NCBI GenBank assembly: GCA_000934665.2
Contig: JYFJ02003192.1
Coordinates: 1 to 45,290 of the forward strand
DNA from: Catajapyx aquilonaris
Taxonomy: Eukaryota
DNA length: 45,290 nt
Direction of reading: 5' to 3'
A program made the translations under genes and the position numbers. This document shows, piece by piece, positions 13,067 through 25,845 of the stretch (position 1 is the stretch's first letter; each line of letters opens with the position of its first letter). The notes beneath the pieces were generated by a model that had not been told where the DNA came from, ran no database searches, and saw only the letters and a program-made list of their open reading frames with translations.

Positions 13067-15637
13067 CAAACGAGCGGCCTCCCTCCCTTTTTGGATCCCT
13101 TTTGTACAGTCGCTTTGCCTCAAGTTTTACCAGACCATCCAGCCGTACTTTTTGACTCCGGAATCAAGTCAGAAGAAAGAGTACGTGGGTAAGCTTCTTG
13201 ACAAGTTAAAGCTACTCTTTTACACATTTGACCTTTTTGTCAGGCATTACGCCTGGAAAACACTACACTATTAAATAACAAGTGGTTTAAGGCTCCATTT
13301 GAGTCAATTAAGCTCTTTTATCTCCTGGACCATTTTTGCTAATTATTTGGGGCAAATAATGCACTTAACCTATATTGTGACGCCCCTCAGTAGAGGGCAG
13401 TGGCATCTGGGTGTGGACCTGGTGGGAAGGGCTCTTTTGTAGAATGAGTCGTGAGGCGGCCTGGGTTCGGGCCAGTCTAATAAATTAAGTGCTCCTAATC
13501 TGTTGCATTATTAGACCACGACCACGACCACGACCATGAGTGATTCACGAGGGATCTGTTTCACCTTCCACGATAAAAATATTTTAGACGTAACATATTT
13601 GAAAAATATTACCTTTAAATAGACGTAATGTGTAGAGAAACAATATCTTGTATATCGTGTAGAGAGACGTGAGTTATGTCTATTTTTCCAAATGCTAACC
13701 TAACGTGTAAATGAAGCAGTAAGGATCAATGGCACAGAACCTAGTCGTGCCAGCAAAGCTACGCACAAGAATCATGTTGTGCCAGAAAGCGTACCCACCA
13801 TTATCTGAATGGCAGCAACGTGAAATTGACTCTTAAGGACAGGTTAGGTATAATCGATGTACATCACCTTTATTAAGGACCCGGGACCTCAATTAGGCCC
13901 GCTCAAGAACACTTCACTCAGGTTTAGCGTGAGTGATTATTTTTTTCGTGTCAGCTAGCATTATTGACAGTGACATGAAGACCATGTTTGCCACCACACG
14001 CACGCCACAGCTTGCTCATTACTCACCGTTTTTAGAACTGCACGCACTTGTGTGCTCAATGTTTTCCGACCGCATAATCTCTCCCACGGTGGAATCATAG
14101 ATAAAAGACCAAGCATACATACCACGCTGTTATGAATTCTTAATGAGCAAGGTAATAAATCACACCATGATAAACGTAAAGGTGGGGAAAGGCGCGGCTC
14201 GTAAAGGAAAAAAAAATGGATCCAAAGAAGTGACAATTTACACACGCTTTTAGTATCAACCTATATGATGTTATGCTGTAAACAATGCATGTAGGAAAAC
14301 ATGAACTTCCACATTCGATTAGGGTGTGCGATATAATGAGCTGTAATAAAAGTAAGTACACACTCAGCTTGGGTTAAGATGTCATAATCGCCTGCATTTG
14401 AACACCAGTACATAAAATATTCACTCAGGTTTTGTCTCATCTGAATTGAAATGTTGCCCCCAAGGTGCAAAATCGAGAAAGTTGGGTTCCCAGGTGTGTT
14501 GTCCTACGGGGACTTATATGTTATGCGACTTTGACGTTAACAGAGTCATAATCAGGGTGTGGCTCAATAGCATTAAATTCACTTTTTGACAAAAAAATTA
14601 GCCGTATTTGAAACTTGCCACTCAGCAGGTTGTAGGCCTAACCCGCAGTAATTGAGGCAGGGAAGTTGAACCAGGAACTGATTTGCTTCAGGGGATCCAG
14701 GCATTTCAGTCGGGAGCCATTTTTAATAAAGAAGTTATGAAGAGTAGTCTATTCCCCCACCCGACAATTAAAGAGTCAAAGTCCTAAATGTCGATCAATT
14801 TTTAATTAAAAATTAGCTGATGCCAGTGTTGATTCATATAACTAATATAATTCAATGAATATCTACGATAAATCTGCGGGTGTCAATCTATACCTTCAGT
14901 ATTGCAAATATGACTTACAGTAGTATAGAATCGAGAAACATTGCTTTGGCTTTGACGTACCAGTTTCCAAACAAATGGTAAAACATTCTTGCAAGTGCCA
15001 AGATTTAATATTTATGGCTTATTTTCATTATCAAACTGGATTGACCGCCTTTTTGTTCCCTGTGGACATAAGGCCTAAGCTTGCACATATCTGGCTACGA
15101 TCATCATTATGAGCCACAACAATAAAGGTAATATTCAATGACAAGCTCAATAATATTACATTATATTAGTAGGCATGATTTGCATAGTTTAAGGTGTGTC
15201 AAATCACGTTGGACAAAATAGCACAGGCCGAAAACAATGCAGTGCTCCAATTACGCATAATTATGACAATTGCGCAAAAGTGAATTATGACAATATTTCG
15301 TAACTAGACAGGGTGTGCCAAAAATGAGTTTACATCTGATGAAAAGGAGTGGTGGCAATGATGTGCTCCAATACAGTCTGACATATTTTCAATTCAGTGT
15401 TTATGAGTGAAGTGCACAGAAACGTAGCAGTCCACCTGTCCGTGTTGTTCACCCTGGAATTGCAATATGGGAGCCCAAATGATAGACCCATGGACCCTAG
15501 CAGCCAGAGCGACAGTCCTGGTCAAATCTGGAATCTGGACCAAAAGTAATCAAAGTCAACAATGACAGGTTTCCCCCTTGGTTGACCACACCAATCCGTA
15601 AGTCATATGCCCATATGCCCACTTCATTCGAACTCGA

Positions 15638-15900
15638 TTGGCATCCTGTTATGTACGGGCCCCTGTCCCCCTGACAACCAATGCCGCGGTGTCACCAGTC
15701 TTCGTGTCAAGACGATCGGGATCGCAGCAGGCGGAGGGGACAGCGACACAGACGCCATCTGGTAATCTGAAGGATTCGACGAACCAACATGACATCTTGA
15801 CCGTACCGCAACATCCTGCCCTCGTGTGTATCAAGCAGCGAACACTCGCAGATAGGAATGTCAAAATTGAGTTTAAAAAATACAAATCAAATGAAAATTT
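15638..15900 (+). mobile_element. 263-bp insertion flanked by a 12-bp direct repeat (probable retroposed sequence)
   Basis: ATTCGAACTCGA at 15626-15637 and 15901-15912; A-rich run just before the second copy; interior is GC-richer than the flanks. Confidence 0.55.
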
Positions 15901-16515
15901 ATTCGAACTCGAAAAACAAATTCTCAATAACCTTCTATTTCTTACAAATGGTTAACGGAAGATAGACAAGAAATGTAAATATTCGACTAGCTACCATGGT
16001 ACGCTTCTCAATGCATGGAATAGCGATTTTGTAAACTAGCACACCAGTTAATACCCTTTAATCCGTGATCACTGATTACCCTTGAAACACCACATTTGCG
16101 GAAGTGAAAGGCCTGGAACATTCGCGAAAACAAAATTCACCATAAACAAGCGTCGTTTATATGGCGATACATGGTTTGAAGTAGAATGTGTAATACAGAG
16201 AGTACTGTTGACGCTATAAGAGTCATTCATTGAGAACAGTCATCAATTCTACGGCTGTCTGGGCTATCAGTGCATAACTATGATTTTGATTAAAAACATA
16301 GAATATTATGTGCACATGCATTATGTGTTATTTCCTCTGACTTTCAGGCGCATTACTAAAAGATTTCAAATTACTCGTACTTGGTTGTCTGGAAAATCAC
16401 AATAACAAGTGCACACAGAACATTCTCCAGTCTCAAATTGAAATTTTCTTGAAAATTTGCACCGAATTTATAAGGCCTGCAACATTAAATAACCACATCA
16501 GAAAACCGTATCAAG

Positions 16516-16938
16516 TTAGGAAGAGAAACTCTCACTGACAACCTGGCTGGTTGATGAATACCTCGTCCACACTCTTACCCTTCTTGGAACAAAAGAATAG
16601 AAGAGCTGAATAGGATGAATGACTCGAGGCAGATCAATATTGGCTTTTGATAAAGACAAGACAATGCAATGGTGTCTTACTATCTCATACATTGTTGCTA
16701 TCTGCACAAAATCATGAAAATCGACAGAAATATTCTTATTATTATAATTATTCATTATAGTGAGATTGGTTAGGGTCCTGTAGCAGAGTGGCTGAGCTGG
16801 ACTGATCCTATAGGGCGGCTTGGAAGTCTGGACTATAGAAAGGGAATACAAGTTACAATCCGGTTGAGCGTCCCAAGGCTTCCTCTCAGCAAATACAGTA
16901 GCGGCGAAGAGTATCACATTATAGTGATGGGTTGTCAT
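16516..16938 (-). mobile_element. Degenerate RT fragment with a 140-codon open frame
   Basis: NKNISVDFHDF..TMYEIVRHHCIVLSLSKANI...IQLFYSFVPRRVRV resembles F.D..KAFD.V.H..LL.KL...GI...I..FLS.R..RV. Confidence 0.5.
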
Positions 16939-17329
16939 GCATGAGCAGCAACGACTAACCGAGCGGGTGGGCGTGTCATTAGGCCTGCTGAGCCTTCCTC
17001 AACTGAATTAGGCTGCAATGATTGCTACAAACCACACACGATTCCATTCCCTCCGGAGACGACAATTCCGGACGATAAAAGCTGCAGGTGCGAACACAAC
17101 TGTCCATCCCCCTTAATCTATGAAGCGAACTTGCATTTGCAGATAGGAGAGGCTGGGAGCTGGGGCTTCTCTTGCGGCTGCAATTGAGAGTGCACTAGCC
17201 ACGGGGGGGTATGCCGGTGTGGACATGCCGTTGGGGTGGGGTTGACACAAAAAAGAACGCAGCTCTAGGCTAATGCGGTGCCTGCCAGCCAGCCACGCAC
17301 TCACTCTCTTTTGGACGCCTCATTGGCAG

Positions 17330-17658
17330 GCTTTCACTTCGGGGCCCAGAGAACTACTGCAGGTCTCTGAAACACCCCCTCCCAACCCTCTCCTCCTCAT
17401 CGTTTGCTGATGTTTCCGCTAACCAACGACCCTTGCGCCAAGTTTCCACAGTGGGTACTGTACGTGAGCCCATTCTTCTTGCTCTCAGAGAAACGAAAAA
17501 TCAACGATTCGTGCTCTCCACAACCTGGCCAGCCCTTTTATTCCCGTTTGTGTGCTCTTGGAAATGCAGCACTTAAGGCCTTCCACCACTTACAACTCCT
17601 GTCACTCAATTTAGAAAGACACACAGTTGAAACCCTATGTTTTGTTCAGACTACGTGA
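17330..17658 (+). mobile_element. Degenerate R1-like RT fragment
   Basis: SGPRELL, KFPQW (FP..W), YSRLCALGNAALKAF (YRPICLLN..GKLF). Confidence 0.45.
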
Positions 17659-17869
17659 ATCCGTCTCGCTGCCTAAGAGGTCATTCATAATTTACCTGTT
17701 TGGCCTCTACCACCCTCATGCAGCGTTTGTCACAATTTGTCTTCACCTCCTTTCCCCCTGACATAATGCATCCACACAAATATACTGTAGGACCACACTT
17801 ACATTTTGGGGCAGTTCAATCGAGTTTGTAAAATTTGTTATTGGGAAAAGCAGCACTTTATAATGAACT

Positions 17870-18178
17870 CAAAAAAATATTGAATTGAACGAAACAAAAT
17901 AAGGTTTCGTTCAACCAAATAGGAAGGTTAATATAGGTCCTTCCAAAAATTTGGTTAAAATAACGGAATATTTGGTTGGAGTTCAACATAAATATTAGGT
18001 TGATGCAACAAATATTTTGGTCGAGTCGTTTTGCTGACTACACAGATTTGGTTGCAACAATCGCATAACGGTCAAATAAATCATGTTGTGGTTAGTTCAA
18101 AAAGAAAGACTTTTCAAGGTAACTAAATTTTGAGTTGAAATAACCTAATATCTCTGAACGATGCCATTTTTTCAGAGT
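17870..18178. repeat. Degenerate internally repetitive DNA-transposon remnant
   Basis: Recurring TTGGTTG/CAAC/AAATAT sub-repeats ending TTTTTCAGAGTA; family not assigned. Confidence 0.35.
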
Positions 18179-18990
18179 ATCATTCTATATTTGCATTATT
18201 TCTGAATTCTAATTTTTTGAAGTGCTGGTGTGGATACTATAACAATGCAATGGCGTCAGTATTAAAATTAATGGTGTAATTAATTGGTAAAATATTTTTA
18301 AACGCCAACACAGATTGCTCTGGATGCAGCCAATAATTAATTACGTAGTATTTTTTATGTACTTGTTTTTGGGACTACAGTGATTTTAATGAGTACGAAT
18401 AGAACCGTGGACTATAGCATCGGTTTTATACCACCTGCATTAATAGAGCACTTTTTGCTCATTATCAAAGACCTAGGTAGACCGATAGAGGTGTGACATA
18501 AAGCCTAATATAATTTCCATCATTAGCCGGCAGCAGAAATTAATTACAGCTAGATCTGACCAAATTACATATTTCTGATTTTTTTGTTCTAATCAGCCAG
18601 CAAAATGGGTCATGCTTCCTAATAACTTATACGTATTTTATGTTCACATTTTCCGGAACCAAATTGATTCATTTCCTCCATATTAATGCACTTCCGTAAT
18701 CTAAGATAAACGCTCCAAAAGCCATTGTCATATTTTCCTTTATTAGAAACTCGAATACAATTCGTGCAGAGCTAGTTTCACAGATCATTCCAGATAGATG
18801 GAGGCAGGAAACTGAGTCAGCCCAGAATATTTCTCTCTAGGTTTTTCCCTCTCCCTTCCCCATATTCCCAAAGCGGATGCGCTCTGATTACTAAGTTTAC
18901 GAAATCATTGCCCACCAGCAAATATCAATAGGGTCCAACTTGGCCAACAGCATCTATCAGCTTCCTTATTGCTGGCCTCAGGTGATCAAC

Positions 18991-19590
18991 TTATCCTACA
19001 AAGTGACCGCTTTGAGGGGACTTCAGTCGAGTGAAAATTCTTCTCTTTGCCTCAAACATACCGCAGAATATTCTCCACTGAAAATATCGACCCTGACACA
19101 AATGATGATACACTACATAATTGTCTCCAAACAATGAGAGTAATGATATTAAAGGAAATAGATGCGGCCCGAACCCACAATTTGTGCTAATAAAATCAGG
19201 CGCATAATATTTTATCTTCCCCCCCCCCCCCATTGTTTCCGCTTGCTTCAATCTGCAGCTTAAAAAGGAAAAGGAGACAACGAGGGTAATGAGGTCAGAG
19301 AGAGAAAAGTCGGGTCTCTCGTTTGAGTCGTAATTTGTAGGATTTGATGACGTAATTAATACCTCCCGAGTTGGCTGTCCCGTTCCAGTCACACCACCGC
19401 CAGAACCAAGATTTAGCGCTACAAGGGAGAAAACTTGGTCCTCAACTTTGCTCCTCACCCAGATAAGAGTGGGGGGTTGGGTTTCCCCTCGTGAGGTGAG
19501 AGAATAGTCTGTTCTTCGCTCAACCGAACCAATTCTCTCTCGAGGTTTTATGCGCTCAATTCCAAAATCTAGCTAAGAGGCGCTGTAATA
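18991..19590 (-). mobile_element. Degenerate CR1/L2/Jockey-like RT core fragment
   Basis: ELVRLSEEQTILSPHEG (L..FLEENNILSP.Q.G), VFSLVALNL, SFLSCRLKQ (SFLS.R.Q), GFGPHLFPLI (LGPLLF); 155-codon ORF. Confidence 0.55.
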
Positions 19591-19594
19591 GAAC

Positions 19595-19596
<2 letters not shown>

Positions 19597-19651
<55 letters not shown>
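19597..19651. repeat. (CT)n microsatellite, about 27 units
   Basis: Direct reading. Confidence 0.98.
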
Positions 19652-19656
<5 letters not shown>

Positions 19657-19959
19657 ATCTCTTTTTCGCTCGATCTTTTCTGCCTCTATCTCTTTACTAT
19701 GCAGTGCATTGTCTCATAACCTGGTCCTATGCAGTGGCATGTTGCGGAATAAATTGAATCCGGACCTGCAAGAACTAATTGCAGAGTATCATGACGCTAC
19801 TCGCGGTAGACAAAAAATGTAATTTGCGTACTTGCAATGCTTAATGAAAGTCGGACCCGGCATCCTGAATAACATGCATCGTACTAAATATCAGAGGCTA
19901 GAGTTTCCTGCTCCATTTATTACTCTTTAGATTTATAGGATATTTCATATGGTGGGCAT

Positions 19960-20330
19960 ATGAATTCGTCTGTCAAAAAGATATGGGTGGTAAAGGGTAC
20001 ATATGAAAGGCAGGCGACGACGATGACTATCCTGGCAAGTATGAATGCCCTCGCACATGCCTGCATTGCATCACTGGTTGCCGGAGTCAGGCGGTTGAGC
20101 AACGGTCTGGCAGTGCGAACGCCTGACCACGGCAACCAGCAATGCAGATATGTACGGGGGTATCCATACTTGTCAGGATAGACATTGACGATGTCAAAGG
20201 TCGACATCTCCAAAACGGATCGTCTCCGGCCTTTTGACCATGCAATGCCTCTTACATACTCACCCCTTACCACCTGTATCATATTGGCAGCAGAATTCGT
20301 GACCACCCTGTAGGATAGAAATCCAGTAAG
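19960..20330 (+). mobile_element. Possible degenerate RT fragment
   Basis: KAGDDDDY (KKGD....Y), VRRLS...NQQ, KVDISKTDR (VD.SKAFDR). Confidence 0.35.
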
Positions 20331-20736
20331 TTCTTTAAAAAACCCAGTTTCGATATAATCATCCAAAGCAAAGACATTTCCTCCTGTTTACAGGTTACTG
20401 AAGCCAGAAAATCCTGGCTTGCTGTTTCATTATGAATCTTTCGGACTAAGTGGACCTAACCAGCGATAAGAAGGAAAAATGTTATTTAGTGGTGCAAATA
20501 ATTCAAAACTGCCATCATTGGACTTTATTTATTATTCAGTGCCTTAGTTTGGGGTACGCAAGTAGTGTATACACATATAGCAATGTTTGTGCAACCAGAA
20601 GAGAAACATTTTCAAAGCATCATGGATCAGATGTTATTTTTCAAACTAATGCTACTGTAGTTGAATCAAATTATTTCTCAACAACAGTTTGGTTTTCATT
20701 TACGTCATACACCAGTAATTCCTTGCCTTTTTAAAC

Positions 20737-21010
20737 TTAATGGATAATAAATGGCTGTATTTTTATAACACGCAGTACAACTGGGCTTCCCGCATAAGTA
20801 TGTGCACCATACCCAACAATTCTCCAGGTTTGACAAGGTCTTGCTGTTACGTGAAATATGTGTGCTGATCTAGTTTGTAGCACACAGGGTAGATCAGCAC
20901 AAACTGCGCAAAGTTGCTTCCACGAAAATATTTCAGGAACTGCACGCATTTGCTCACATCGCAAAAAACGGAAGAAAAGAAATGGTAGGAAACGACGGAG
21001 ATCCGCCAAC
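20737..21010 (-). mobile_element. Possible degenerate RT fragment
   Basis: RCEQMRAVPEIFSWKQ (C....VP..WK) ... TWRIV (NWRPI). Confidence 0.35.
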
Positions 21011-21299
21011 TGACTCAACTCGTCAAGTTCCTCATCAAGTTGACTGTGAAAAGGTCTCCCAAACCCCCGGAGATTAACCGCCTGCTTAGGACCCAAAATG
21101 GAGCCATTTGCTTGAAATCTGTGAATCTGCTCATTTCCATGTTTAATGTACTAAAGGCATGCCCGGAATGCTTGGCGGACGTGGGGACTCATCGACCACT
21201 CTTGTCTTGCCACATTTAATCTAATATCCATAATCGACTTGGGAGTGGGGGACTGAAGGGGGGGGGGTTAGATGGGTGGGAAAGGGGCAGAGTTTGCAA

Positions 21300-22790
21300 A
21301 CTTGCCATTCCGACACCAGAGGAAAAGGGAGAGCAGCACCCTATCGCGCCCTTTGGCCCCCCCAGTTCCTTGCAGGCAGGTCCCAGCATGTACAGTGCAC
21401 CCCCTCCTCCACTCCCCAGCTCGTCAGGTTGGAAATATGACATAGAGTCGGGGTTAAACACTTCTCCCCCTTCAGAAAAGCAAAGAAAGTTGTCCCCTTC
21501 CGATTACCTCAGCCGAGTGAAAAAGTTTCTCTTCAAAAGGTTTTCCCACTGAAAGTAAATTTCCAAACTCGGGAGATGGAAAAAGAAGGTGACGGGGGTG
21601 TAGGACGGTTGAGAGGGTTGTTGGGCTAGAAGGAACGGGGAGGAACAGGGGGAAGGGGGCTCACGAATGAAAGAATAAATTTTAAAACAGCGCCCCCTTC
21701 CTTCCCTAAGAAAAGAAAAACGTACGGTGGCCTACTACATCCTGAACGTTCCCAGGACGAAGAATGTGTACAATTCCTGCAGCAAACCAGGAGAATATTT
21801 AATGCCTGATATACTGCACTAATGGTAAACAGAAAATGCATTCCCCAAAAATCGAACTTGCGCCAGGCAAAGTTTCTCTAGTCCTTGGTATTCGGAGGCT
21901 GTTCAAGAACTGCAAACGTCAACGACACTCTGCTTCAAAGGAAAGCTTGCTGGTTGCTAATGAAGCCTCGGGAGAAGTGGCGAAGAAAAGGGTGGGGGAA
22001 GGGGGGCTGGAGGTGGGAGGCAGGGACAGGAGAAGGGGGGGAAAAGGACGTTTATAAGAAGTTGCCACGTGTAGTCGTCGCTTTTAAGTCCATTCCGAAG
22101 GCAATTGCCTACCTACTTAAGTACTCGGGTGCAGGAAAATCCAACTGCTTCCAGCATCGGTTTTCAGGATTTAGCTATCAGGAAAATGCTTCTCCGCATC
22201 GCCAAGCGCAAGCGTGGTTCAGCCACCACCCAAATGCATGTAGCAACATGCACCGACGCCAAAAAGTGGGCTGAACTGCAACGGTCGTGCCGCCATATTT
22301 GGTCCACATCTGCATGGATGTGGCTCAGCTTGAAATGTTTGGAGTGAATCAAGAAGGGGTAGCTTGATGACACTCATCGCATGGTGAAACCTGTTGGAAG
22401 CGCCATCACGTAGTAAATAGGCCACCAACGAGACAAGCCGTGACCGTGCCTTGGCTCGTCTCAACTGCACCGCAGGGCTTCCCAAGCTTCCAGGGCCCCC
22501 GCATTTTTCTGCTCTGGTGTGCGGAGTGAAGAGCAGCGTTATTGAACATTCCAATGGCCGAAGGCGATGTCAGAAGCAGTTCTTTGTTTTGCAGCTGCAA
22601 AGCAGGCATGCAGGGCACACGCCTTCGCGGAGGAAACTTCTCCTCGACCACGCAAAGGTAGTCTTTACTAGTTTCCCAACTAAATTCCAAAGGGAAACTA
22701 AGCTGCTATACTACACTGTTGCGCTTCTGTTTTGTTTTAGCCCCCAAGGCAGAGAGCAAGACTTCGGGTTTCAAATGGACTAGTTATGAG
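21300..22790 (-). mobile_element. Degenerate LINE ORF2 relic (RT core plus upstream GC-rich region)
   Basis: TLPGASSIFGE (KAPGPDGI..E), LNILLVCCRNCTHSSSWERS, SYTPVTFF (SYRPITLL), LLKRNFFTRLR*SEGDNFL. The 21950-22790 part is included only by contiguity and composition. Confidence 0.45.
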
Positions 22791-23189
22791 GGCTTTCATT
22801 TGCAGGGGCTCTGAATGGACATGCGCCATGGGCTGTAAAAATATGCGTAATGAATCTGCCCAAGGAGTTGCTTGATCCTATGGACTTTAATACGCTTCAG
22901 GATGCAAATGAAAAAATTTAAAATTTAAAATTGGGCAAGTTTCAGGATTACACTGCCACTTCTATTCTCACGACTATATTGTGTTAATGTGGCTTTTTGA
23001 CTAGGTCTATAGGCTACTATAAAGAATACAAATCTATGTGAACGTCCCCATATTGCAGAATGATTCACTGAGAGCAATATTTAATCTATACTGTGCGGTA
23101 GGCTGCAGTACATGCAGTAAACCGAATCCAATTATCCAATACCATTAATTGGCTACAGTTACTCGGTATTGGCCTACATGTGGACCTCC

Positions 23190-23459
23190 TGTGTCCGATC
23201 ATTCAAAATTAGGGAATCCGGTGCTGCGCCCACCAGTGACGAGTAGACACGAATGAAGTTGCTCCAAAGGATCGACTGTCAGCGCAGAACTTTCAGATTC
23301 ACTGACACGCTTTCCGATGGTTTATATAGGGCAACAACACACAAAATGTTGAGCGGAAAAGCAGTAGATATTGCACAAGAGACGGTTAATGCGAGACACA
23401 CAGTAGGAGGAAATATATTGCGCACCTCGCCTACATCACATGGGACTAAAAACAAATAA
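23190..23459 (+). mobile_element. Degenerate RT fragment
   Basis: RPPVTS (RPI.LTS), MKLLQRIDCQRR...LSDGLYR (MKLLERI...RL...L...Q.GFR). Confidence 0.5.
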
Positions 23460-23731
23460 AGCTTCACTCCCGCTACGGCATGTAAGCGAATAATATTGAA
23501 CTTGACAAGTTCATTACCATGAAATTGCATCTCATTATCTGCAGAAAGTACCGCACATTTGAAATGGATATCTCTCAGCAGTTTGTGCGTATATTCGCTA
23601 AAACCCTTATCGATTGCTGTTGTCCAGGGAAAAGGGCATTGAAGAACTATTAACTATTTCCACAGGCACAAACATTATGCAGAACACAAATTGTGCAAAC
23701 ATAATTTGCGTTCAAAATACACTTATGCGCA

Positions 23732-24074
23732 TTTTTAAATATTTCTATTACCCCGTGATAACCCGATTAGGGGTTATAGGGGAGTGGATTACCACCATAT
23801 AGAGTCATTTTTCTATTTTTCTTCAATCACCGTGCAAGGAATTAGGGATGTAGGGTAGGGATAGGGATTGTTGGGGAGGGGACACTTGTGCATGTGCAAT
23901 GTCCAGCGCTGGGCCATGTGCTGTCCCCCAGGAGATTAGGTTGCCAGACACCTCCAAGGTGCAGGTGAGAGACCCTCCCGACGCAGGTGAAGAGGAACTC
24001 CCAGGCGGGGATCGAACCTGGAACCTTTCACTCAGCAAGCCGAGACGTTACCATTTCGACCACCACACCTCCCC
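23732..24074 (-). mobile_element. tRNA-derived SINE, family 2
   Basis: Minus strand: A-box-like TGGTCGAAATGG, B box GGTTCGATCC, A-rich 3' end, 13-bp TSD ACACTTATGCGCA (23719-23731 and 24075-24087). Confidence 0.85.
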
Positions 24075-24772
24075 ACACTTATGCGCAATTAGTGATGCAA
24101 TCTACCAAATATTTTCTACCTCACGCATATCCGTGTTAACACATACACATACACTGTGAACCATTAAACTGTGGCACAGCGACAGTGTATTTTCTGTATT
24201 TCACTGTATTTCTGGAGAACAAGCTTCATAGATGCTAACAGGAAACAGTAGGACGAAAGTGACCAAACGCGGACCCGGCGCTTAATGCGGACCCCTGGCT
24301 TATTTTGTCAACTAGGTGATGTAAACTAAAAGCGAGACGGCCAAAAGGTTCACAAAGATGGCGTGAAGTAGTGGAATCGCAATCACGTAGTTAGCATTGT
24401 TCAGTAATGAGTGGTGGGTTGATTTCCATTTTAGCGATTTGTGAAATTGTTGCAGGCTTTCTTCTCTTTGGACATAGCTTGACTTTGGCATTGGTCATAG
24501 TTGCTTTTTCACCGGAAATAGAGTAGAAGTAACAATATATGTGGAAATATAACGACTTCTTAAATGTAGAATACTTTAAAACGCCATGTATTCAAAGCAA
24601 TTCTCTTCCCTCAATGCGGACCCCTACGAGTTCCAAAAGATTACCCCCACAAGAGGGGGAAGAGAGGATAAAGTGTGCGAAAGAGGCCTTGAAGGAAGGT
24701 TCAGAGTTGAGATGCTTTGTCGCGGCTAAAAAGCTTCAACAACAGTAACACCTTCGAATAACAGATTTTGTT

Positions 24773-24870
24773 CACTCGAACCAAAATAATTACGCCCAGC
24801 TATTTAAACCTGCTCATATTTAGATAAGGGCAGGCTTAAATAGCTGGGCGTAATTATATTGGTTCGAGTG
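24773..24870. mobile_element. CACTA/CMC-like hairpin MITE
   Basis: About 43-bp arms CACTCGAACCA(A/T)... / ...TGGTTCGAGTG; 3-bp TSD GTT on both sides. Confidence 0.7.
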
Positions 24871-25282
24871 GTTCTCCTGCTCCTAATGCGTGTATAACAA
24901 CGTACCGACAGGTATTTTGATTTATTTTACTCTTGCCTGACCTAACCTCCCAAAGCTAATGGATTCATGACGCAGTTATTTTTAATGTACATTAAGAATG
25001 TACATTGAGAAGAAATCCACCAAATTAACCCATACCTTAAACCAAATACATGCAGGTTGCAGGTATTGCTAAGTGTGTGTAAATCGCTTTGATCCTCTCC
25101 TGCAGTTTTATTATTTATAAATTACAATATTCCACGGACAAATAGGGGAGCACATTTAGCAAGTAGACTACCAGCAAGCGATTACCGTCGTTTAAATTTT
25201 GAGATTCGCTTTATTTCAAAAGCGTTAACTTGCCCCCACAGCGAATAAGTCTCACAACCGCGACATGCAGGTTCAAATAATA

Positions 25283-25316
25283 CATACTACTACGACTGCT
25301 GCTGCTGCTGCTGCTG

Positions 25317-25366
<50 letters not shown>
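25283..25366. repeat. Compound (TAC)n/(TGC)n microsatellite
   Basis: Direct reading. Confidence 0.95.
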
Positions 25367-25367
<1 letters not shown>

Positions 25368-25404
25368 GTTTACTTGGTCATAGTGTTTCGCCGCTACCAT
25401 AGAA

Positions 25405-25444
25405 GCGATCTAGTAGCTGTGTTAGATCACAGCTACTAGATCGC
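25405..25444. repeat. Perfect 17-bp hairpin
   Basis: GCGATCTAGTAGCTGTG-ttagat-CACAGCTACTAGATCGC. Confidence 0.9.
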
Positions 25445-25481
25445 GCTTAGTGTCCTCCGCGGCGCTCCATACTAACCATAT

Positions 25482-25484
25482 ATT

Positions 25485-25574
<90 letters not shown>

Positions 25575-25845
25575 TCATACCCCGTTATCAGCCATCGGCT
25601 CTTTAGGGGGGAAGTTTTGTTTTGCCAGGAACTCTTTGTTTTCATTTTACTGTGCTCTTTGGGACAGGATAGGGACGGAAGGAAGCGGCTGTGGCCCATT
25701 AATTACGGAAGCAACTCCGGAATTTCCCTGGAAGGACCGTGGGAAACCACAGAAAACCACGTCAGAGTTGCCGGCCCCGGGATTCGAACCCAGGACCTCC
25801 CGATTAGCAGTCGGACGCCTTATCCACTATGCCAACCTGCTTCGG
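25482..25845 (-). mobile_element. tRNA-derived SINE, family 1, full length with (TAT)n tail
   Basis: Head TGGCATAGTGG (A box), TCCGA-CTGCTAA-TCGGG arm, GGTTCGAATCC (B box); about 28 ATT units as tail; 14-bp TSD CATACTAACCATAT (25468-25481 and 25846-25859). Confidence 0.92.

Noticed and set aside
13990..14390. Further RT-like patches here and at about 780-960, 5647-5829, 6500-6640, 30674-31182, 37090-37325 and 43669-43860
   Set aside because: Only one or two weak motif matches each, too close to chance to list as features, though worth including in the HMM test.
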